Shown here: positions 22,460 through 32,669 of the stretch, in pieces
How positions within the stretch are numbered: position 1 is the stretch's first letter
Layout of the letters: every line of letters starts with the position of its first letter
NCBI GenBank assembly: GCA_002633005.1
Contig: NMRA01000857.1
Span: 16,012-55,928 of the forward strand
Origin: Phoronis australis
Lineage: Eukaryota; Animalia; Phoronida
Direction: 5' to 3'
DNA: 39,917 nt
The notes under the pieces: generated by a model
Seen by the model: only the letters and a program-made list of their open reading frames with translations
Told to the model about the DNA's origin: nothing
Database searches by the model: none
Position numbers and translations under genes: made by a program

Positions 22460-23494
22460 ATGTATTATTCAGAGTTGGTGGCAAACATGTACCAGACGCC
22501 CTCTGCAGCCAACAATGATAACGAGGAAGTTTCTGAAAATGGACCATTCTGGGTGAAGGCTCTCGACATTTTTTACCTTACCTTATGTATAACATGGGGT
22601 GTATTTGGAAATATCGTGATAATCACAACGATTATAAGACTGCGGCACCTGCGCAAACTTGGACACGTTTTCCTCGCCCATTTAGCCGTGGCTGATATGG
22701 TTAATAGCGCCTTTATTATGCCACTAATTCTTGCCAACGTGGTCCTTGGTTCAAATGCCACAAACGACGCCACATGCCACTTGAGTGGCGTTATGATAAT
22801 TTTCACTTGTGGAATGTCAGTGTATAGCATCGTTCTCATAGCGGTTCAACGATATTTGAAAATATGCAAGCCAGAGATGCACGCGAAAGTGTTCGCGCCT
22901 TGTGGTACAGTCGTCATTGTGATGTGTTTGTGGGCATTTTGTACAATTAGCTCTACACCGCCACTTTACGGATGGTCGAAAATTCAATACAACAAGGAAC
23001 AGTACCTTTGCGGATACAGTCGGAGCGCTGCCTACTCTTACAATATCTTCATATTCATAGTGGGAATCGTCATTCCTACTCTTACATTAATTTTTTGCTA
23101 CACGAGCATTTTTAAAGAATTCAACAAAAATGACAGACGACTGCTTTTAAGCAGCGGTGGGGACGCACAGCGTGTTTTGCGTCAAACGAACGCTAACAGA
23201 AAGCGCGCCACTTTGACAATGCTGCTAATTACTGTGATGTTTGCAATATTCTGTGGCCCTTACGGAGTTCTCATTGTTGCTGACAGATATAATGTACTTC
23301 CGGGTATGGTCCACAAGTTGGCTGCCTTTCTTGGACTTGGAAATTCATGCGTTAACAGTATAATATTGATTACGCGGTGCGGTGAGTTTAATGCCGCCGT
23401 AAAACAATTACTTTGCACACCGTGTCGGAAGTTCTCTAGACGGGAACTACGCCAGAGCGCGGATCCGCTTGTTTATTCTAGCACTTCCGCATAA
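22460..23494 (+). CDS. Intronless class A (rhodopsin-like) GPCR, melatonin-receptor-like orphan
   Basis: Seven hydrophobic segments with GN (TM1), LAVAD (TM2), IAVQRYLKIC (TM3), W (TM4), P..IFCY (TM5), FAIFCGPY (TM6), NSCVNSIIL (TM7). First ATG at 22460; the ATG at 22487 has better context. Confidence 0.92.
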   Translation: MYYSELVANMYQTPSAANNDNEEVSENGPFWVKALDIFYLTLCITWGVFGNIVIITTIIRLRHLRKLGHVFLAHLAVADMVNSAFIMPLILANVVLGSNATNDATCHLSGVMIIFTCGMSVYSIVLIAVQRYLKICKPEMHAKVFAPCGTVVIVMCLWAFCTISSTPPLYGWSKIQYNKEQYLCGYSRSAAYSYNIFIFIVGIVIPTLTLIFCYTSIFKEFNKNDRRLLLSSGGDAQRVLRQTNANRKRATLTMLLITVMFAIFCGPYGVLIVADRYNVLPGMVHKLAAFLGLGNSCVNSIILITRCGEFNAAVKQLLCTPCRKFSRRELRQSADPLVYSSTSA

Positions 23495-25422
23495 TACTGC
23501 ATGCGAACCATTATTCTGTAAGAACGGGCAGACAATGTTCGTCTCTCACTGCCCATCCCATATCGTCTTATCTCATTAACAGCGTTACAAATTTTGTCGT
23601 GAGTTCGTGGAGAATGAAATATGTACCTGAGAAAATAATTGTGATGCAGGATAGCGGACGAATTAACTGAACTGTAGCTAGTGAGAACAGAATTTTACAC
23701 TTGGACACGGTTATCCAGAACGCTTTGTCGTTTACAGAGCATTGTTGGACTTAGAAAATTGGATGCCTTGACTTGGTAAGCCGGGTGGCTCACTCTCGCC
23801 GTTAAGTCTAACTAGCGCTAATCCCAGGTCTACATCAGAGTTGAAGATTTTTAGGCACATGGGAAATCATTTGGACTTTTGAAATGCCTTCTGTAGCAAG
23901 TGCGAAAATATGTTGTTGCATAGACTGTTGAGAAGTGTATTGTCGCACTCGACACATTGTTGCCAGGGCGACAACACATGCCGCCAACATCTATACATAT
24001 ATTATGTAATGGTACAACAATATGTGCAGCGGTGACCGAGGAAAGACTGTATTGACCTTGTTGTAATTGTTATTATTTATTATTTATCAAAATTGACATT
24101 CAGAAATACACACAAAAATATTAAGCAACCACCGCAGCGTATGATTTCTACTAGAACAAACCAGGACAACGTCAAAGGGCACGGTAAAGGTGAGCCAAAC
24201 AATCGCACTCGTTTTTTAAGGCTTTTTAAGAAAGATGTTAGCTCTTGTGCAAAACAAAAGATACCACAGGACTGGAGTGTGACGTTGTCTATAAAATAAC
24301 AAAAATCTCACACTACCTGCAAACTTTATTTTGGCACATTTATGATGGGCAAAAGACCAAAGTTCGAGTGACTGATCTCGAGGTTATCACTTGTCTTGTT
24401 TTCACCCTGTCTCATCAAGACAAAATGCACGATGTGACTTCTCAGAGGAGAAGAAAATTAACAGAAGAAAATTAACGAAGTGACCACAGGCTCACGAATT
24501 TTTCAGTTACTCATAACCACAAAAGAAACATGTGTTCTATTACAGTGAGTTGCGTCAGTGGTGATGGGGGAAATAATAAACTCAAAGGCCTGTTTAACTT
24601 CAAGCACCATGTCTCAGTTGCTACGTCCACTCTAGTTCACCAAAGACGGAGAATGCGCTCGCATCAGTCTTCAATTCTATTATTGTAAGAGCTAAACACG
24701 CGATTACATGTAGATAACCGTGCAGTAACTAAATGTACTGCTGAGGGTCGACAACATCGCTACACTGACGCATATAAACAAAACGGGAAGCCCCAGAGCT
24801 ATGGGCTTGTCTGTCCTGCTGAGCATCGGCCAGGAGCTCAGAACGTCATAGCGAACAACCAATCCAGAGTCTGGATAGAGCACGAGGTGCACGGTCAGCT
24901 AGACAAAATGCGCTGCCCGTTTACAGTAAGGCAAAAATTATATTGTGTACTAATATTTCCTTGGAAGAGTCAGAAAAAAACAAACATAACTACTTAAGTC
25001 GATGTAGAGTTATTCTAATCGTTTATCCAATGGAACAATTTAATGCACGATGGTTTTGCAACACTGTAACCCCGGCTCCAAACGATTGGACGTCAGACAG
25101 AAGATCAAAATCAGTTTTTAAACATTTAGTTACAATGCGTTTGTGAATTTAGCCAGTTATCCTAACTGAATTCTCTCATTCCGTCATGACTAGCTGAATT
25201 TTGACGAAGGATGCTGTACTTGCGCAATTTCTGTCTCTGGATTTCTGCCTCTAGACAAATAAGTCGCATAGCATTCTGGGCAGAATGCAATCATAATAAC
25301 TACTTGATCGCTCTTATTCACGAAATCAAAATTTCATGTCATGCTCTACAAACATTTGTGAAATTAATAACTAATGCGTGTGTGCCAGTTGAGTAAAACC
25401 ATGCTTGAAGTGGTGCTCAAGT

Positions 25423-25627
25423 CAGTAGCGGATCTAGGATACCAAAAGGGGTGGGACTCAACGTGCTGCCTCGGGGAATTGGGAAAGGCGGCCTGAAAAC
25501 CTGAAAGTTGCGGGGGCTGGGGATGTGGATCTTCTGTTCAGAAAATATGTCGGTGGACGTTGGCTAAAAAAGGACACGATTCCGCCTCGGTCTGGGTTCT
25601 GAGCCCCCCCCCCCGCTGCACGCACTG
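25423..25627. mobile_element. Short MITE of the CAGTGGCGGATC family
   Basis: Starts CAGTAGCGGATCTAGG, ends CACGCACTG; flanks CAAGT / CACGT (4 of 5 match). Confidence 0.6.
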
Positions 25628-26004
25628 CACGTGCATGTGTTTGGTTTGTAACTCTTCTGACTTTTCATTCCATTTTACAAGATATATCGATTAAATAGAT
25701 TTTAAAAGACAATCAAGATTCCTTTAATTTCTTTCAGAACATTATTGGTTATTTTAACCCAATTCAATTAATAATTTCATAGTTTTGTTACTTCAGTAAA
25801 CAATATCCTTTAAAAGAAACGCCAATTATGTGCCATCATCGTGCAACTACATATGTTGTGGTATTTGACACATATTATAGCCACGTACACTGTATATTTT
25901 AAACGAATCACCCGAGATACTGTGCTTTTCTCTCTATTTCACCTTCCCTGGCGCCACGTTTACACAGTATATTTTTCAAATTTTGGTGGTTTTATTGCAA
26001 CTGA

Positions 26005-26049
<45 letters not shown>

Positions 26050-27390
26050 CTTTAATTATGGAGGGTAAAATACGATAAATATAAAAACATGCTTTTGCGA
26101 AAGGCTAATATACAGCATGGTCCTCTACATAAAAAAATTAAATTAAATAAATTACTATAGATAAATAGATTAAATTAAGTTACATTAAATTAAAATGAAT
26201 ATTTTGCAAATTGAATCGACAGACTGAAATAAAAATAAATTAATTAAATAATTAAACAAAACATAAATAAATAAAATTAAAACTTTAAAACTTTTATATG
26301 GTATAAACATTGAAGTGACGAACAGAGGGGCAGCTATGATGACCACAGGTAACTGATAAGTTTGCGTGTGAAGTCATCATAATAGTCAGCCCTCTTTACA
26401 CTATTTGGCAAGTCGTTCCACTGTTGAATGATCTGAATAAAAAGGACTTAGAGTAAAACAAAGTTCTGTATTTAGGCACAAAAAATTGTTTGGGGTAAAG
26501 AATCATTTGGTAGCTATTTTGAACAAGTAACAGGCTACGAGATAAGTAAGTTGGTACATTATTGTGAAAACATTTATGCATCATACACAAACGCCTAATA
26601 TAAAAAAATATTTGTCAACAGCGAGCCACCCCAGTCTGTGTTTACATATGAATTGCAGTGGCGGATCTAGGATATCGTAAGGGGGGNNNNNNNNNNNNNN
26701 NNNNNNNNNNNNNNNNNNNNNNNNNNNNNNNNNNNNNNNNNNNNNNNNNNNNNNNNNNNNNNNNNNNNNNNNNNNNNNNNNNNNNNNNNNNNNNNNNNNN
26801 NNNNNNNNNNNNNNNNNNNNNNNNNNNNNNNNNNNNNNNNNNNNNNNNNNNNNNNNNNNNNNNNNNNNNNNNNNNNNNNNNNNNNNNNNNNNNNNNNNNN
26901 NNNNNNNNNNNNNNNNNNNNNNNNNNNNNNNNNNNNNNNNNNNNNNNNNNNNNNNNNNNNNNNNNNNNNNNNNNNNNNNNNNNNNNNNNNNNNNNNNNNN
27001 NNNNNNNNNNNNNNNNNNNNNNNNNNNNNNNNNNNNNNNNNNNNNNNNNNNNNNNNNNNNNNNNNNNNNNNNNNNNNNNNNNNNNNNNNNNNNNNNNNNN
27101 NNNNNNNNNNNNNNNNNNNNNNNNNNNNNNNNNNNNNNNNNNNNNNNNNNNNNNNNNNNNNNNNNNNNNNNNNNNNNNNNNNNNNNNNNNNNNNNNNNNN
27201 NNNNNNNNNNNNNNNNNNNNNNNNNNNNNNNNNNNNNNNNNNNNNNNNNNNNNNNNNNNNNNNNNNNNNNNNNNNNNNNNNNNNNNNNNNNNNNNNNNNN
27301 NNNNNNNNNGCGGGGCGGGCCCTCTGCCCCCCCACCCCTAAATCCGCCTATGAATTGATGGAGTGCCAAATGGTGCGCCTACATGTAGAA
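26005..27390 (-). mobile_element. Decayed CR1/L2-clade LINE 3' fragment with (ATT)n tail, interrupted by a MITE
   Basis: Minus-strand pieces GAPFGTPSIHM (across the MITE), RLGWLAV, HKCFHNNVPTYL, SKSFLFR, QWNDLPNSVK; (AAT)n at 26005-26048 is the tail. Confidence 0.75.
26656..27352. mobile_element. MITE of the CAGTGGCGGATC family with 5-bp TSD AATTG; interior is an N gap (26687-27309)
   Basis: TIRs CAGTGGCGGATC / AATCCGCCTATG; AATTG at 26651-26655 and 27353-27357. Confidence 0.8.
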
Positions 27391-27932
27391 TTTTTATTTT
27401 CAAAAAGTATTTGTAGAATTACTGCTTAACTGAGAATATGATAATTCATTCTGTTAGAAAGATCTGTACTGGTAATCATCTTCCTGACCAAGTGCAGCTA
27501 CCCGGTATTTTGTTTTCGCGAAAACATGGGACTGATTTTTTTCCGAAACTAGTTGGGGGCAATAGCATCAGTTAAGTCGAGAAAATCCACAGCGGTTAAC
27601 GCAAAATAAGCCCCCAAATAGGCGGACGCCACAAAAGTAGGAATACACGAGTTTATCTCACACAAGGGAGGGAATCTTGTACGTCATTACACTATTGTGA
27701 AATGCATATGTACTGCCTAGGGAACACATAAAATATAGGTTTTCGGTAGCTTTGTTGCCCACTCAGGATAAATGTCTTGAAGAGTTGGTAAGGACTTGAA
27801 GCCAGCTGCCCAGCTCTCACCGTGGATATTTTACTCTCGGTAGGTGTCGTCTGAAGTAGCCTAGGTACTGCGATTTTGAGCTTCACTCGTCGTAGGCCTA
27901 CTGTCTCACCAGGTAAATGTAATTAAAAAGTA

Positions 27933-28084
27933 CATGGGCGGCGCAGCACTGAAAAAAGTGGGGGCTAAAGCCCCCTCAGCCCCCCTGTGGTGCACCGTCT
28001 ATGGATCACGTGCGGCGTAGCACTGAAAAAATACGTGCCTGGGGGGCTATAGCTCCCTCAGTCCCCTATGGTGCGCCGTCCATG
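27933..28084. mobile_element. Two tandem mini-MITEs (about 71 and 78 bp)
   Basis: Units 27933-28003 and 28007-28084 share GCGGCG.AGCACTGAAAAAA..GGGGGGCTA.AGC.CCCTCAG.CCCCT..GGTGC.CCGTC.ATG; outer TIRs CATGGGCGGCGCA / TGCGCCGTCCATG; AGTA on both sides. Confidence 0.7.
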
Positions 28085-31000
28085 AGTAGCGACCCGGTCA
28101 AGAGCATTTCATCATTGTCTTGCAAAGCCCATTCCCGGTTGACAAGGTATTGACGACCTTGGTATTTGAGGGGTGAATGTGCTGGGTGCCATCCAACACA
28201 GTGAAATCAAGGAAGAGAACGCCCGGGTAAAGGACACCGGTTGCCCATCGTGAGTCTTAATGTGGTTGGTTGAATGCTATTTAGTTGTACTTAATGTGTA
28301 TACACACGTATTGACTGTTAATAAAGTTTGAAAGGAATTATCATATGAAGCAAGCAAAATTTTGGACTGTTGACTACCAACAGCCAGTGAGCTTGCAATA
28401 ACAAGCTGTCTGCCTGGTGTGACATCACAGACGGTTATGTAACCGCATAAGCCTGTTGTCAGAATTGACTCGGCTGAAGTCGGATAAAGTCATTATTATT
28501 ACTGCCAAAGATTTTGTCACTGCTACGCTTTTCTAATTACCAAGCTGTGTGGACAAGAACTGCCCTGCAACAGATTCATACGGTGCTATTCTTTGTGTTG
28601 GAAAGCAGTTGTTTTGGTGTCAAACTTTGTCTTTAATAGAGTCCTTTCACATTCCGAATGTCCACTGATATCGACCAGTAACGCAAAAAGTTTGCGTAAG
28701 TGCACGAGGCTTAGCGTAAGTGCATAGCCTACTTCGACGGTTCGAGAATTCTTTGTAGTCAGCGATAGCGTCTGCCTAGTGACATGTCAGTAAAACTCCC
28801 CTGACTACTGGGAGGACGAGATTTTTGTTACCTGCCTGTTTAGTGGCCGCGGTCAACCTGAAATTGTGTGCGTGTGTGTGTGTCAGTGTGTGGGCGCGCG
28901 CGTGTGAGTGCATTTTTACGTTTGCCATCAACTAAGCTACAGCATGGAAGGATCCGGCGAATGGGCAGTCACGAAGACCCACAACAACTGTTTTGTTTGT
29001 GCGACAATGTTTATGTAAACTGGGTTTCCTCGCAAAATTCTCCATTTATGAAACAGAATATGGATACTTATACAACGCAATGGAAGTTGTTGAAGATGTT
29101 GATTTTCTGGGAAATACTGTTTAGTGTTGATTTGATTTGTGCCTGCATTAGACTGTTAATATGAACTTGATTAAAGCGAACACCTGTTTACGAGGGCTCT
29201 TGACATTTTAGTAAGGTTCGTTGGATGCATCAAAGGAACACTTACGCTATCGTGAAGTTGAAAATACATGTATCCAGCTTATCTCAATGATAACCTCGTC
29301 GACAAATTGAACCTTTGCATCGATGACTTGTAAAAAAGTTTGAATTTACCCTTAATCAAACTTGAAGGAAGTTCTAGCATTCAAAATCTTTTTGAAAAAC
29401 AATTTTGGAGTATTTATGAATAGCTGTGGTTTGATGGCCGGTAAATAAAAGTCTAAGCCACGGTTTTCCCTCGGTCATAGACTATGAAAATAAGTGCGCA
29501 ACTTTTTTCGTGAAAATGCACCCAAGCGCTAAAAAAATAAGTATATGTGGTTGTCAAAAGCATCGAAAATCGAAAGGCTTAGCTGAAAATATCCGATAAA
29601 GATTTGCCACGCACAGTAGTTGATGTCGCTTGGAATACCTCGCGCACAATTGTGAATGTGCCATAATTGCCACTTCATACAATAATTGCTCTTCGTCCAA
29701 TGTTGACATTTACCTAAGTTACAAGTACCTACAACGAACAGGAAAGTCATAATCCGATCCAAAATATCAAAGAGTTTTAAAAAGTAACGTGACGTCAGAA
29801 GCCCGTTTCACACATTGCATACTGGCTTCTGTTGAAGCTGCATTCGCTCGGTTTAGCTGACTAAAAATAAGAAATTTGAATTAACCCTTTTACACGAGCG
29901 CACCCAGGGGGGGGCTCGATTGGCAAAGTGGGCAAAAAGGGCCGCCTCTGAGAAACAAAACGTCCTAGAAAAAGAGACAAAAGTCCACTAAACAAGTACA
30001 AACCCGCAATTCACAGTGGTGCCCCCGCTTTTTGTTTTTTGTCCGCCCGGATTTTTGTAACCAAAAGGTTCACAACGTCAGGATATCGAGCCCCCCATAT
30101 TGAAGGCTAAATGCGCGCATGTTTTACTGTCGCAAAACCGATCTCATGACATGCCTTACCCTATATAATAACATCCTATTTCCGTTACTAACACAAGTCA
30201 CAGGCTATGCGTACTACGGATGCTCCATGTTCGAATTCGCATTTTCAGACATGACGAACCCCATCTCTGAAGCGTCTTTCTGGAACCTTATTGATTGTTT
30301 CTATGTATGAAGCCCATCGTTTTTACGTCCGAAAAACGCAATTTTGGAATTAATGTTGAATGGGAAAGTCATTTTTGAAATTTCTTCGCTTTGACCAGAG
30401 CTACATGTATACTATCAGTAAAATCCGTTACTATTCCAAGTATCTTGTAAGCAGTATAAAATACGAGGAGTGTATAGTTTGAAGGACAATTATACATCAA
30501 TGCTGAGCACTCACTACAAACACCAGCGCGGCAGTGAAAAAAGAAGAGTAGATGAGCTTACTAACTCAGCTTGACAAGGCCTATATGACAACGTCAACTA
30601 CAACACCCACCGGCGTCTCCGGATCCGCCGTTGTTTCTGTCACTGCACCTGCACCTAGCAACAGGGTCGATGAGTTAGATACTTGTGTGTTTCCAATCAA
30701 TGTTGATATTCTACAGCCATGTTTGGTAAATGTTAATACGGGTTACGGTTTCCTGCCAGCTGGTTAATATTCGTCCGGCAACAAGGCTATTTGTCTTATG
30801 TCGTGTTTGGCTCCGTGTACGGTACATGCAATGCTGTTGTTTAGACCACCCTGTCTTAAACAGCAATTAGTTACTCAATCAATAAGTCAATCAATTTTTT
30901 CAAAGGTTGATTATTGTTGCTGTTGCTTTGGCGATTGGCTTGCACACACACATTCGAAACTTAGAAATGCGAGCGTTCGCGATCTTGTGAAGTTGTATGT

Positions 31001-31249
31001 TGAAGAATGATGGTCAGGTCACACTGCGCTTGTGTTCGAATTTCAAGAAAGGTAAACAAAATACCGGAAAAAACACGTGCTATCGACAATAAAACGGCGC
31101 TTACACGTATATGTAGGACTGATCAAATAAGAAACGGATTAGAGCGTACGGTTACCGAGACACAAAAAACGTACGACGCTATAATCATGAAATATTAAAC
31201 ACTTGATGGCATGCGCTTTCCCAAATGTAGGCAATAATCTGATATAACG

Positions 31250-32048
31250 CAGTGGCGGATCTAGGATTTCACAAGGGAGGGGGCCCAACATTTTGTCCGG
31301 CTGGAAGCATTTGCGCAAACTGAACCACGATTGTAGATGCGCATAGCACCGAATGGGGGGAGGTCGGGAGGGGGGCAAACCCCCCTCCCGCTCAGGAAAT
31401 TTTTCTGTTTTTACCTCTAAAAATCAAGCATTTTCCTTGATTCCTGAAGTATTATCCAAGAAAAAAAGGCAAAAAAAAAAAAAAAAAACACGGAGAACAT
31501 GTCAAACAGGAAAAAAATGCAGACATCACAGACTCGAACTCACGACCTGGCGGTGAGAGCTTACGTACGCGTACGTTACCACTACACCACCACGATTTAA
31601 CTACAACTGTCATACTAAAAGACTTACTTGTTTGTAGGCCACAGCGTTTGCGCGCGAAACCTACTTCTTTTTGTAATGCTTATTACACGTTTTATATTTT
31701 GTTCCATCAATTCTTAACAAATTTGTCGTATTTGAAATAGTCTTCAAATGCCCAAAAGACCAAATCCATTTTTCGTGTTGGCAATAATGACGGGATTGCT
31801 TTGGAAACCGTCTTAAGATAAGGTTTCACAAAGTGAGTATTGCGAGTTTCTGAGTGATTCACTAAGGCTTCGATTAAAATTCACATCTTACCAGCAGCTT
31901 CTGTTTTTTTCATCGTCACTCAGGTTCCACTTTCTTTAAAAAAATGAAGTAAATTTTCTTCATTGCACAGTGAAGCAGACGACGGAAACGGAGTCGTAGT
32001 GCACAGCGCCGCTGCCGGTCGCCTAGGATATCGCGGGAGATTCTATAC
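31250..32048. mobile_element. Dispersed repeat starting with the CAGTGGCGGATCTAGG terminus; second copy of 1-641
   Basis: Terminus at 31250; 31395-32048 is collinear with 1-641; no matching right TIR plus TSD identified. Confidence 0.85.
31531..31594 (-). other. tRNA-Glu(CTC)-derived Pol III promoter remnant
   Basis: Minus strand GTGGTGGTGTAGTGGTAAC (A box), GCTCTCACCGCC (as in the tRNA-Glu-CTC anticodon arm), GAGTTCGAGTC (B box). Confidence 0.65.
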
Positions 32049-32240
32049 TTAGCCATAGTTCCGTTACGAACGCGCCGTGTTCCGGATTTGACACTTGAAA
32101 TTGGATTTGAGCCCCCCCTAGGCGTGAATGGTTAATCGTTTGCTTTAGTTGCCAGTCATGTTGTGTTGTTTAATAGATATTTATAAAATGGCATTTCGAG
32201 TTGCGTAACTGTTTTAGAAATGCCCTTCAAAACAAGCTTG

Positions 32241-32285
32241 TTTTATGTTTCACCTAGGAACCAGTAACTGGTTCCTAGGTGAAAC
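32241..32285 (+). repeat. Perfect 18-bp hairpin after TTTTAT; resembles a Helentron/HINE 5' end
   Basis: GTTTCACCTAGGAACCAG-TAA-CTGGTTCCTAGGTGAAAC at 32247-32285. Confidence 0.75.
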
Positions 32286-32669
32286 TTAAGATTACTTTAA
32301 GATCTGTGGCACGTTGACCTTCTCTGAGAAACATATCGGCGAGCGACGCACGCTCTTCTCTCTGTCAATTACTACGCGGAGGGCGCCAACTGTCGGTTTT
32401 GCACATTTATTACGCTATATCAATGTCTTTCAAACGAAAACTGCGTTTGTACAGGCAAGACGTAAATGACGAAAACGTTTTAATCCAAGGACCTAAGAAG
32501 TCTAGCCGACACCGCGCGTTACCGGCCGGTAATGTCAGCATCGCAATCGGCCGCGTCACAAGCGAGATCTATTAAACGTCTGTGGTACGAAAACTTTTGG
32601 CGACCTAAAATGCATTCGAAATGGCTAGCTGAGATTTGACCCAACTCACCAGATGCAGGTATGGACGCA

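Larger units (their letters stand above)
29885..32131. mobile_element. Possible piggyBac-like non-autonomous element hosting a nested repeat
   Basis: TTAA-CCCTTTTACACG..CCAGGGGGGGGCTCG at left versus reverse complement TTAA-CCATTCACGCCTAGGGGGGGCTCA at right; TIR match is imperfect. Confidence 0.45.

Noticed and set aside
22460-23494. GPCR as an opsin or as a true MTNR1A/MTNR1B orthologue
   Set aside because: Leu, not Lys, at the retinal-binding TM7 position; NRY, NAxxY and the TM5 His are absent, so no gene symbol was assigned.
28147-28256. Exon-like stretch VNVLGAIQHSEIKEENARVKDTGCP ending at GTGAGT
   Set aside because: In-frame stop just upstream, weak acceptor, no recognisable homology or partner exons.
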